NCBI RefSeq assembly: GCF_009914755.1
Contig: NC_060932.1
DNA from: the human T2T-CHM13v2.0 reference genome, Homo sapiens
Direction: 5' to 3' (one strand)
Length of the DNA stretch: 64,000 bases
Part shown: piece by piece, positions 13,109 through 25,827 of the stretch
Layout: each line of letters starts with the position of its first letter
Position numbering within the stretch: the stretch's first letter is position 1
Position numbers and translations under genes: made by a program
The notes under the pieces: model-generated
What the model saw: the letters and a program-made list of their open reading frames with translations, nothing else
What the model was told of the DNA's origin: nothing
Databases searched by the model: none

Positions 13109-13174
13109 ATGAGTCAGATGAAGCCCCATGTGTATGATCTGCCAGTAGAAGGCAATGAGCCCCCAGCCTCTTTT
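13109..13174 (+). CDS. ADAM28: ADAM28 exon (~21): [22 protein letters not shown]
   Basis: cttttcag| and |gtgagt, 66 nt, phase 0-0. Confidence 0.94.
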
Positions 13175-13411
13175 GTGAGTTAGCAACTTCTCTTAAATAC
13201 CACCCTAGTTCAATCTCCAGGAAATATCGGTGAAAGTCATAGCCCACAACACTTCATTATTTCTTCAGGACAATATTGAAATCTATGTGAATATTAATAT
13301 AAAATACAAATTCTTCTGCAAAATATTTTGAAAATATAAAAAAATGAACATGTATGTCACTCCATGCCAACTTGTGACAAGAAGAGGACTAATCTGCTTA
13401 ATAGAGTACCA

Positions 13412-13773
13412 CTGTTTTCATCAGCTCAGGCTGCTGTAACTAAATTAACATAGATTGAGTGGCTTAAACAACAGATATTTACTTCTCACATTCTGGAGAT
13501 TGGGAAGTCCAAGTTCAAGGAGCTGGCAGATCCAGTGTCTGGTGAAGCGGCCTTCTGGCTTGTAGACAGCTGCCTTTTTATTGTATCCTCACATAGCAGA
13601 GGGAGAGCATCTCTCTTGTGCTTCTTCTTATAATGGCATTAATCCTATCATGAGAGCTGCACCCTCACGACCTCATTATTTCCAAAAGGCCCCACCTCCA
13701 AATACCATCATTCTGGGGATTAGGGTTTCAACATATGAAATTGTGGGGTGACACAAACATACAGTTTATAGCA
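13412..13773 (-). mobile_element. MaLR solo LTR (MLT1A/MSTD-like)
   Basis: ggcttaaacaacagatatttacttctcac...ttagggtttcaacatatgaa...tatagca. Confidence 0.8.
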
Positions 13774-13982
13774 ATCATCTTTATCAGATACCTATTGACA
13801 TTGGACTTAGGTCTCAACTGTGTATGTACAACTAAATGAAAGCAATCAAACTCATATTTTACAATATTCTCATGGGTGGGGTCATGGCTTCTCCATTTCT
13901 GAAAATGATTTAAGTCTTTTCTTTATGCACGCCTATTTTCAGGACCCTATCTTTGAATGTAAATGATTTATCCTTTTACTAG

Positions 13983-14045
13983 CTAATTACAAAGCCAGAT
14001 TTTCCACCACCGCCAATTCCTGCACCTATATCATCTTCTTTGCTT
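13983..14045 (+). CDS. ADAM28: Candidate alternative ADAM28 exon (63 nt): LITKPDFPPPPIPAPISSSLL
   Basis: atccttttactag| acceptor, open phase 0-0 frame, weak |gtaact donor; same length as exon 14893-14955; usage cannot be shown from DNA. Confidence 0.6.
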
Positions 14046-14892
14046 GTAACTATCAGATAGTCATTGGTGAATTTTTAATCTCTCACCTGCTCATTGCAAA
14101 TACTGTCTCCACATCCATCGGTTATCAGGATGTGTACTTTTGAGGTTAACTTGAAATATCACAGCACATTTGTCCCAGGGATATCTAAAACTTCCTGTCT
14201 ATAAATTAGTATGGATATTGATGTTTTATTATAAAAAATAGTATTGCTGTTATGCAATTATTGAGAAACGATAAATAGCTCTGCTCTGTGAGGTCTCAAA
14301 GATTCATTTCTAGATGTTTATTTAAGGAGATAAAATTTTATTAGGTGATATTTTACTTTATATATATTAGTCATAGTTTTCTGTAGGAGGTAGGGTATGA
14401 AAAATGCGCCATATATAAGCAAACCTGGAATAAGAGTCAGGTGCTCATGAAGTAAGAATTACAGTACATTCACTCATTAAATGGCTCCTGAGCATTTTTC
14501 TTGTGCCTGGTATTCTGCTGTGGGTAAATGAGAAAGACCTACATTTGAGATTTTTTTTCTTTCAAGAAATTTCACATTTTTAGTGAGAAAAAACAAGTCA
14601 TATAAAAATGGAGCACTTAATTCTTCAACTGTTATTTGTAGTATCGCCCAAGACGAGTGACACTGACAGGAAAAATATGGTGAGGAGAAAGTCAACGGGC
14701 TCGGAGTGGTTAAAGTAGGACGAATATTCATTGGTTGAGTAGTTGGAATTTGAACTGGACCTTGAAAGTTGGGTAGAATTTAAATGAGTGAAGAAGAGCT
14801 AGGAAATAATTTCATTAAGGAAATAAATATAGCTAAGATGGGACAAGCATAGCATTTCTAATGCCATACCATTGTTTTTATAATTAATGTAG

Positions 14893-14955
14893 CATAAAGA
14901 CACAAACGCACTTCCCCCTACTGTTTTCAAGGATAATCCAATGTCTACACCTAAG
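14893..14955 (+). CDS. ADAM28: ADAM28 exon (~22): HKDTNALPPTVFKDNPMSTPK
   Basis: taatgtag| (weak, AT-rich) and AAG|gtaaga, 63 nt, phase 0-0; matches the recalled human C-terminus. Confidence 0.9.
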
Positions 14956-15510
14956 GTAAGAGATCTATAGCCAAATTATTATATTCTTGTATTATAATCT
15001 CCTACTGTCAAGAGAAGGCCCACCATGTCTTTTTAGAAAAAAACTTACTAAGAACAGTATCTGTATGATTTGGAGATGGGTGCCAACATGAAAGTCTTAT
15101 TTCTCGGTATGGCCAATAATTAAAAAGAGAAATTAGAAGATTCTCAGCTAGAAAGCTATGTAGACACAAATATTATTTATTTTCTCAGAAATATTCCCTA
15201 AGGATGAACATGAGAAGAAACCTCCCATAGAATAATAAGTATAGTATCCTGTAACTCTCCTTCTGGTCCCCTACCTTCTCCATATTATGCTAATTACCGG
15301 ATAGATACTTAGATCTTAGTGTAGTATTTTTCTCACTCCCTTCGTATCATCTCACATTTCTACTTCTTCGTTTTTGCTGTATCAAGTGACCTATGAAATA
15401 GAAACTGACTTCAGATAATTTTAATTTCTTCATAGTTCAGCTTCATAATAGTAAATATCTAAATTTTTGAAGAAAGTTGATCATTTAGAAGTTATGTCTG
15501 TCTTTTTTAG

Positions 15511-15531
15511 GACTCAAATCCAAAAGCATGA
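15511..15531 (+). CDS. ADAM28: ADAM28 last coding exon (~23): DSNPKA-stop
   Basis: tcttttttag|GAC TCA AAT CCA AAA GCA TGA. Confidence 0.93.
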   Translation, partial: DSNPKA

Positions 15532-16335
15532 AGCAACAGCTAAGCAAGAACTAATGGCTAAATTATCAACTTGGAAAACTGGAAAATCTGGATGGCAGAG
15601 AAATATACTATCTCACCAGTATTTGCTCTCGACTCAAGAAGGTTAACATTTTCTGATTCATGTTAGACTTTGAAGAGACTAAAGAAAATTTTCAAGAGGA
15701 ACATATGCCTGAGAACCTTTGCATGAATTTAAAATTTCAATTATCCATTCTTATAAGAAGGAAGATGATTGTAAAGAAATATCTCCGAAGTTAAAATCTG
15801 TAATAGGAATTGATTCATTCTCTAATGAAAACAAAACATAAAAACATCACACTAATCTTGGAGGAATAAGAAAAATTGTACATCCATTAAATGTACAATT
15901 GATTGCAACATCTTGATTGTTTTAACCATTAACTTGTCAAATTACAATCACAGTTAAGAAAATGATGTAAAATTCTGTTTTGTGGATCTCTTTCCTAGAT
16001 TAGCTTCTGAAATCATTATTAGCTATATCATTTGAGGTTTTCTACAATTTGGTATAACTAAGAATTTAAAAATATTTTATCATATATATTTGTATAATTA
16101 ATTACTGGCATGGTTAAAGTGGTTTTCACTTTTTAAATGGAGAAAATTTCAGTTAAATTAATAGGATAAACCAGGTTGCGAACTGGTGACCTGTAGGCCA
16201 TGTTTGCACTGCAAATATATTTGGTCTGAATGATATTGATATTGGACACATAGTACTTTTACATGTTTTGAATGTATTGCTAATATTTAAAAATTGAGAG
16301 ATCTTGCATAAACAATAGATTCCCAGCTTTGTCAG
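15532..16335 (+). other. ADAM28: ADAM28 proximal 3' UTR (3' end uncertain; longer UTRs possible)
   Basis: Repeat-free AT-rich sequence after the stop; variant poly(A) signals ATTAAA 15886-15891 and CATAAA 16307-16312. Confidence 0.55.
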
Positions 16336-18144
16336 ATGTAATCAAAAAGTAATCCGATGCTTTGTCAACAACAGACTTACATTGCCCATAGCAACCGTCA
16401 GCTTAGTTGATGGGTAATGTAGCAAACACTATTGGTTTCCTACCAAATAATCCCCTTTTTCCTGGCTTTTAGAACAATAATTTTGTTCACCTGCCCACTT
16501 CTAGGAAAGAATATCCTATCTATCTAATCTATCTAGCTCAGGGATAAATCCCTATCCTTTTAAGTAAGTCAAGTCAATTAAAATAACCTCATTTTTCCTT
16601 GCTAGTGGTCGACTTGGAGATGATTTTATAATCCTCCCCCTCCCTTTTTTTTTTTGCTAGTAAGACGACAGAGGAATTATGTTACAACACTTCTGGAAAA
16701 TTTTTCCTCGTCTCTTTTTCTGGATATGGGCATCTGAATACTCTAGCTGGTACTGCTGCGCTCCACACGGTGATTATGAAGGCTGAAAAAGATAGATAGA
16801 TAGATAGAGCAGAAAGATGAAAAGAATAAAACCTGGCCTTTCAATGATGTCATGGAATTGGTAGATCAGTGACTGCTGGAGTTACCTCACACTTTCTTGG
16901 TACTCCTTATTATATGAGCCATACATTTTCCTTGTTGTTTAAGCCATTTTGAATTGGATTTTCTCTCACTTTCAACAGAGATCATCCTAACTAGTAAAGT
17001 AGCTGTTTCCATAATCAGGGAACATGCTTTAGTTCATCATCACAGCTACAGTTTTTCTTGTATTTGTCTGCTTCACCCATTTCTATCAATCACTTACCTG
17101 GTCCCCACAGGCCTGTCGCTTCATGAGGAACTTTATGGTTCATTTACCCTTGCAGTATGAGGTTCTAGATAAGCCCACTCTGGCCTCAAAAGTGAAGCTC
17201 AGTCCTCAGGAAATCCAGAGTCCACTGATCAAATCACTGTCAAGGATACAGGCTTTTTCTCCATGTGGCATTTGCAGAAGAACAACTTTAAAAGTAGAGC
17301 TTTATCTGCCCTGTGAGGTTTCAGAAGACCCTCCCCTGACCCAGAAATAAATCCCTATTTCCTGGAAAGCCATTAAGTACTCCTGACCAACTTGTGAACT
17401 TTTCTGTGTTGTTGTTGTTGTTTTTTAAATATCTGTCCCCAGTAATAGATTCACCTAATCCTTTTTTATACTGATGGAATGGAAATCTTAAATCTATGAA
17501 TCCTCAACTAGCCATGTACCATAACCCAAGCAAAAACTAAACCATACACTCTCAAAAGCAGTGGCATGTGAACATGCCTGCAAGTTCCTAAATGATGTCA
17601 CTAGGTCCCTGATGCAGATGCATCATACGTCCTATTTGAAGAGAAGAAATGCAGTACAATGACAGGAAAACCATTATTTTATCATAGAACTGCGAACCCA
17701 AGTCCTACAATGTTTCCCTTTCAGCTCAACTGCAGAATAGTTTAGAACAGACTTTTTGATTTCACAATACTGTTTCCACACTTACTTATATCTGTAACTT
17801 TCTAACTTTAAGGGAATTCCGCTTATTTGACATTTAACTACCTCAGATATGCCACCAAACCTGTTTTCATCATTAGTTATTTTTACCTTGTCTACTTTAA
17901 AACAGTGAAATTATTAGGTTAAATTATGTTTTTATCCAGTTACTCTAAGATACCTTAGTGTTTGTCTACTTATTACAACTCACCAAATTACTGGTTTTAT
18001 ATGGCCTTTGGGAAGGCTTTTAGCTTTTTATAAAATAATGAAGTATGCATGAAAAGAAAGCAAATTTTAGTTGGTTGCAGTCAGAGAATATGGAAAGGGT
18101 TATTATTATAATTAGGATTTTATTATTCACATTGGAAATCACTG

Positions 18145-18441
18145 CTATGTGTTAAGGAATTGAAGGTGGCCTCTGGCTAGCAGCCATTAAGAAAATGAGC
18201 CCCTGAGTTCAACGACCCTCAAATGAAGTGAAGTCTACCAATAACCACTGAATAAGCTTGGAATTAGATTCCTTCCCAGCTGAATCTTGACTTCAGCCTT
18301 GTGAGACACCCTGAAGTAGAGGATGCAGCTAAATTTTGTCCAGACTACACACCCACAGAAACTGTATGATAATTAATATATGTTGTTTAAAGTTGTTATG
18401 GTTTGGAGATATTTGTTATGCAGCAATAGATAGCTGATACA
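18145..18441 (+). mobile_element. MLT1 (MaLR) LTR fragment
   Basis: ...acccacagaaactgt...tttgttatgcagcaatagatagctgataca end. Confidence 0.7.
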
Positions 18442-18463
18442 AGGAAGTAGAGAACAAACATTT

Positions 18464-18824
18464 TCTATTAGTCTGTTTTCACATGGCTATAAAGAATACC
18501 ACCTGAGACTGGGTAATTTATAAAGAAAGGAGGATTAATTGACTCAGATTTCCAAATGGCCTAGGAGGCCTCAGGAAACTTACAATCATGATGAAAGAGG
18601 AAGCAGAAACATCTCATATGGTGGAAGATGTGTATGAAGGAGGAACTGTCAAACACTTATAAAACCATCAGATCTCTTGAGAGCTTACTATCTCGACAAA
18701 AGCATGGGGGAAACCACCCCCATGATCCAATCACCTCCCACCTGGTCCCTCCCTCAACATGTGGAGATTATAGCAATTAAAAAAATGAGATTTGGGGGGA
18801 TGGACACAGAGCCAAACCATATAA
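18464..18824 (-). mobile_element. THE1 (MaLR) solo LTR
   Basis: tattagtctgttttcac...cctgagactgggtaatttataaag...gacacagagccaaaccatat. Confidence 0.88.
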
Positions 18825-20181
18825 TGTTTTAAATGCTCCAGATAGGTTTAGGTAAAATTAACTATATTTAATAGGCTTTCATCACTGCAAAACTTTTTTT
18901 CCTTTCTTTCTCTGTGTCTCTAGTCTCTTCCATTTGTTCTCCCTTCTTTACTAGCACCGAGGATTTGCTTGAAATCTCTGATAGCCAGTATTCTCATTTA
19001 TCATATTCTTTCTCACTTTGTGTTTCCTTGGTAATTTTGGATAACTCCTTTAATTTATCTTCCAAATTACTGGTTTTTATATTCTGTACTGTCAGTCCTC
19101 CTGTTCACTAATTTCAAAATTTATAGTTGTTTCTCTTGTTTACTTATATAGTTGTTTCTCTTGTTTACTTAATAACATTCTCTTCTTTCCTATCAGTTTA
19201 ATTTTATAAAGGCTAACCAATTAACTGTTTTTAACTTCTATTTCCAGATATGATTTTAAAAATTAAAGCAAAATGTGTATAAACTTTATTACTGCTTCCC
19301 ACAGTAAATATTTTTCAGAAGTACATGCTTTCTCAGCCACTTGACTAGTATGTTCCCCATCATTCAAAGACACCATTATTTCCTAAGTGTTATATTGCTA
19401 TTTTTCAGTTGGTGCATCCAATATTATTATCAGCTTTAATATTGTTTCATCATATGTCATTGTTCAAAGAATCCATCTCTTGAGCGTAAGCTAAATAATT
19501 TGCATACACTAGCATCTGTATGTAATATGGAAAAATATGGAAATGGTTGGGGTGATAAGCAAGTCTTGCATATTCTTTTCTCCTCAATTTTTTTTCTCCA
19601 AAGTGGGCCAAGCCAAGAGTGGCACAGCTGTGTGGAGATACTGAGCTCCACCTTGTCAGGGAAGATCCCAACTCAGGAGAAAACACCTCTAACAAAATCT
19701 GTAGCCACGTTGGCACATCTGCCCTTGAATTCACTTTGTCTCTTTTGCTGCTTCCATAAAAAGGCTTTCCCTTGACAATGTTAGGCACTTTTTAGCAACT
19801 AGGCCTGGGTGGTCTGCTACAATGCCCAACACTTAATACAGTATCACTATTACTGTTAGTAGTATGCTAAGCGAATACTATTGTTATAAAAAAATTCCTA
19901 AGCATGAAAATTACGGTATACAATTTATTGTGAAGGCAACTTCTTGTGAACATTAAATGGTTTATCTCCTTCACCTCATATTAAAGTCCATACTCTTGGG
20001 ATATATCTGACATCTCAATATTAAATGACTAAGATGACTAAGTCGTTTATGTTGCTCCCACCTCACACAAAGTTAAAACTATTTGTTACTTTAAATAGTT
20101 TGACAATGTTATTTTAAAATCTGGACAAATCACAAATATAAAATACTTATTTAATTTTCTTCTGTAAAAAGATGTATGCTT

Positions 20182-20481
20182 GGTTAGGCACAGTGGCTGA
20201 TGCCTATAATCCCAGCACTTTGGGAGCCTGAGGTGGGTGGATCACGAGGGTCAGGAGTTCGAGACCAGCCTGGCCAAGTTGATGAAACCTCATCTCTACC
20301 AAAAATACAAAAATTAGCCAGGCAGGATGGCGGGCACCTGTAATCCCAGCTCTCAGGAGGCTGAGGCAGGAGAATCACTTGAACCCAGGGCACGGAGGTT
20401 TCAGTGAGCCAAGATCGTACCACCGCACTCTAGCCTGGGTGACAGAGCAAGACTGACTCCACCCAAAAAAAAAAAAAAAAA
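20182..20481 (+). mobile_element. AluS
   Basis: Full dimer with poly(A) tail directly abutting the L1 that follows. Confidence 0.92.
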
Positions 20482-21927
20482 GCAAAAAGAACAAAGCTGG
20501 AGGCATCACGCTACCTGACTTCAAACAATACTACAAGGCTACAGTAACCAAAGCAGCATGGTACTGGTACCAAAACAGAGAGACAAACCAATGGAACAGA
20601 ACAGAGGCCTCAGAAGTAACACCAGACATCTCCAACCATCTGATCTTTGACAAACCTGACAAAAACAAGCAATGTGTAAAGGATTCCCTATTTAATAAAT
20701 GGTGTTGGGAAAACTGGCTAGCCATATGCAGAAAACTGAAACTGCACCCTTTCCTTACACCTTATACAAAAATTAACTCAAGATGGATCAAAGACTTAGA
20801 CGTAAGACCTAAAACCATAACTCCAGAAGTAAACCTAGGCAATACCATTCAGGACATAGGCATGGGCAAAGACTTCACGACTAAAACACCAAAAGCAATG
20901 GCAACAGACGCCAACATTGACAAATGGGATCTAATTAAACTAAAGAGCTTCTGCACAGCAAAAGAAACTATCAGAGTGAACAGGCAACCTACAAAATGGG
21001 AGACAATTTTTGCAATCTATCCATCTGACAAAGGGCTAATATCCAGAATCTACAAAGAACTTAAATTTACAAGAAAAAAAAAATCCCCCATCAAAAAGTA
21101 GGTGAAGGATATGAACAGACACTTTTCAAAAAAAGATATTTATGCAGCCAACAAACTATGAAAAAAAGCTCATCATCACTGGTCATTTGAGAAACGCAAA
21201 TTAAAACCACGATGAGATACAATCTCATGCCAGTTAGAATGGTGATCCTTAAAAAGTCAGGAAAACAACAGATGCTGGAGAGGATGTGGAGAAATAAGAA
21301 CACTTTTACACTGTTGGTGGGAGTGTAAATTAGTTCAACCAATTGTGAAAGACAATATGGCAATTCATTAAGGTTCTAGAACCAGAAATACCATTTGACC
21401 AAGCAATCCCATTACTGGGTTTATACCCAAAGGATTGTAAATCATTCTACTATAAAGACATATGCACACGTATGTTTATTGTGATACTGTTCACAAAGCA
21501 AAGACTTAGAACCAACCCAAGTGTCCATGAATGATACACTAGATAAAGAAAATTTGGCACATATACACCATGAAATACCACACAGCCATAAAAAAGGATG
21601 AGTTCACGTCCTATGCAGGGACATGGAAACCATCATTGTCAGCAAACTAACAGAGGAACAGAAAACCAAACACCACATGTTCTCACTTATAAGTGGGAGT
21701 TGAACAATGAGAACACACGGACCCAGGGAGAGGAACATCACATACCGGGGCCTGTTGCAGGGTGGGGGAGTAGGGGAGGGATAGCATTATGAGAAATACC
21801 TAATGTAGATGATGGGTGGGTGGGTGCAGCCAACCACCATGGCACATGTATACCTATAGTAACAAACCTTCACATTCTGCACATGTATCCCAGAACTGAA
21901 AGTATAATTTTTAAAAAATTTAAAAAA
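20482..21927 (+). mobile_element. 5'-truncated L1PA (about PA7/8), ORF2 3' part and 3' UTR
   Basis: Degenerate ORF2 peptides ([15 protein letters not shown]...[16 protein letters not shown]) and L1 3' UTR. Confidence 0.92.
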
Positions 21928-22289
21928 CAATATATGCTTAATATAGAAAAGTTGAGAAACAAGAGAAAGTACTAAGATAAAATTTTTCCTAATCTCACCA
22001 AGTATGATTTCAATCAACACTTGGAAATATGACCTTTTCCTCTCTTCTGTCTGGTATATAAGTTAAGTATTAATTTAATATTTATGCTATTTGTATTATG
22101 GCTTTTAATTTTACTTAGTAATATGACACAAATCTATAAGAATATTATGCAGCCATCAATACTATTTTATTAATGAATAATGTTTTACTTAATATCTGAT
22201 TCAACAATGAAATCTTTTTTCAAAAATGTTTATGGCTAAAATAATGCAGTGATGAACAATGGTGTACATACCATCTAAAGGCAGTTCTC

Positions 22290-22780
22290 TGTATCACAGT
22301 TCGGGTTCCTGGGCAAGCAGAATCCGAGATGGATTTTAGCAGCCAGGAAGTTTATTATGGAGGGCTTTCAGGTCAGGTCCCCTATTTGTTTAATGGAATG
22401 GGAGAAAGCAGGATTTGGCTGGAGGAGTTGGGAATGATGCTGCCTCAAAGAAGGCTTTAGCTGGCCCAGCCAGCCCTGAACCTGGGCTATCCTTCAGAAT
22501 GAAGCCAAGTTGAGGCAAAAGGGAAAAGCTTTTACTCCCTCATGTCAACTAGTCACAGGTACAAATTGCTCTCAAAAGAGCTGTGACCTTGGGCAAGATG
22601 ACTTTATTTAGTGAAAGCATTTTCCAGGTACAAATTGCTCTCAAAAGAGCTGTGACCTTGGGCAAGATGACTTTATTTAGTGAAAGCATTTTCCAAGGCA
22701 AGTTGATGGCTGTCTGCAGGCAGCACAGCCAACAATTGGGGGATAAGTTCTTCTGTGCTTAATGACGACCTGTGCAGCCC
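22290..22780 (-). mobile_element. Ancient ERVL-type LTR (LTR16/LTR33-like) with an internal 69-bp tandem duplication
   Basis: gggttcctgggcaagcagaatccgagatgga...gaagtttatt pattern; family call tentative. Confidence 0.45.
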
Positions 22781-22793
22781 AAAACAAGGCCTA

Positions 22794-22916
22794 TTTTTTC
22801 TTTGAGTCTGGGTTTCATTGCATTGCTCAGACTGGTCTCCAAGTCCTAGACTCAACAATCCTCCTGACTCAGCCTTCCAAGTCACTGGGATTACACGTGT
22901 GATCCACAACACCCAA
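22794..22916 (-). mobile_element. FLAM / Alu left monomer
   Basis: Single diverged Alu arm. Confidence 0.75.
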
Positions 22917-23109
22917 CGTTTATTACTTCTTATTTCCTTTGGATAGTACTCTATATGTTGGCTAGCTCCCTAAAAGTTTTCCAACTTTTTTGCTACACTT
23001 TGCAAAAATTTTTCTCTAGTAGGAATATGTATGAATTTAAATTTCCATTAGCAATTTATGAAACTGTTTCCACATAGGCATTCTCATTCTTAATACCTGC
23101 CTATCTTAA

Positions 23110-23586
<477 letters not shown>

Positions 23587-23899
23587 TGAATCAGAAGTAT
23601 GTAATATAAAGCAGAAATTACAGAGAATTATCTTTGGTGATGCACACTGTTATAATAAGGTTGAGTTCCTCAGGAAGTCTTGAGACTAGTGCCAATTGCT
23701 GGTTCAAGGCTGGTCTAGTGCAAGGAGTATCAGCAGTGTCAGCTGAGTGACTGGCAAGGGTGAGACAGACATTCTGTATTATTCAGCTCCACGATACAGG
23801 CTGGAATTCCTCATTGCATAGCTACCAAGTTTGGTTCTCCAGTCCTCATGTCGAGTCCTTCAGCTACCTAAAATCCTTTGTTTTAACTCAAATATTATG

Positions 23900-24270
23900 T
23901 TTTATTGTGGTAAAATATATATGACATTGAATTTACCATTTTAACCAGTCTTAAGAATACAATTTGGTGACATAAGTACATTCATTGTGCTGTGCAACCA
24001 CCACCACCATCTATTTCCAGGACCCATTCGTCATTCCAAACAGAAACTCTATACCCATTAAACAATAAATCCCCGTTACGTTTTCCCCTCAATCTCTGGT
24101 AACCTCTATTCCACTTTCTGTCTCTGAATTTGCCTATTCTAGGTAGCTCCTATCAATGGAATTATACAGTATTTTTCCATCTATGTGTCTGACTTATTTC
24201 ACTTGGCACCATGTCTTCAAGTTTCATCCATATTGTAGCACGTATCAGCATTTCATTTATTTTTAAGGCT
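23900..24270 (-). mobile_element. L1MB-type 3' end
   Basis: ttgtggtaaaatatat...tgtgcaaccaccaccaccatctatttccag... Confidence 0.75.
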
Positions 24271-25231
24271 AAATAACCTAATCATCTTTTAATATATTTA
24301 TTTTCTATTTGAGAGGGCTGGAGATAATTTCTGTTGCTCCATGTCATCATTCAAATTAACATTGTTTTTCTCCACTTTATACATTTTAATTTACAATTTT
24401 TTTGATGGCAAACCTATTTTAAAACGGATAATGATACATACTTTATTCCTAGTATTTTAGAACCTCATTTAAATCAGTTATTGCTATTCTCTTCTTCATG
24501 AGAACCACATCATTGTTTCTTTCTAAGCTTACTTGACCAAGCACAGACAATGGCTCAATGTTGAAATCTTAGCTGTGCAATCCTGATGGGAACAACAATT
24601 TAAGGACGTTCAGAAAATTATCTAAATGAAAAATGAAATGATGATGCTATGACTAGAGATAACGGTCCCCTCCTGATGTCCCAGTAGCTTTTGAGAAAGC
24701 AGGTATCAACTGCTGGACCGCAAAAGTTGCTCCATTTCTCATAGAGAAGACTCCAATGCACAGGCCAAGTGCTATGTCTCAGCAGATAACACTGTTCCCT
24801 TGTAAATCAACATGTGTTGCCAAATTGGCCTTGATCTCTCTAACTGCTGTGGAATAGCTCTGAGATTCGTGGGTCTCTTGAGACATGTTGTAAGTATAAT
24901 TGAAATGGAGCCTGCAGGAGCCAGTTCCTGGCAAAACTCTCTCAGTTCTTTTGTGCCCATGGCAAGGCTGAGTAGATCCACTGGAAAGCTGCAGTCTCAG
25001 ATAGGAAATAAGGGAACGAAAATGTAGCAGAAATATAAAGACAAGAGAATAAGAGAAAAGTCAGTTTTTGGTGCAGGATGGTAAGCCACACACAGAAAAC
25101 AAAGTATAGATAGTCCTCCTGGCTCTGCCAAAAACTAGCTCTTTAGCCTTATGCAAATAATTTCAATTCTTTGTTTTTACCAGTCTTAAGTATACAATCT
25201 GTACATTTACTCATCTATAAAATGAAATTAA

Positions 25232-25561
<330 letters not shown>

Positions 25562-25827
25562 CAAAGAGGATTTTCTAAGAAACATGTAAGGGCAGCATGA
25601 AAATATAAAGAGAAGAGAGGGAAATGTCCATCATCTAGAAAGGCAAGTAGAACGTATCCATCAGTGCCTACCTGAAGGAGGACTCCGTTGTTGAGCTTGT
25701 CAGCACAGAGACCCTCTCTGAACAGTCTATTGCATCATATGTCTTTAAGCAGAAAGTAAGGTTTGGGGAAATAATTACTTGCTGTTTGTACATATTTCAT
25801 TGGTGAGTACGTATTTCACTGGTGAGT

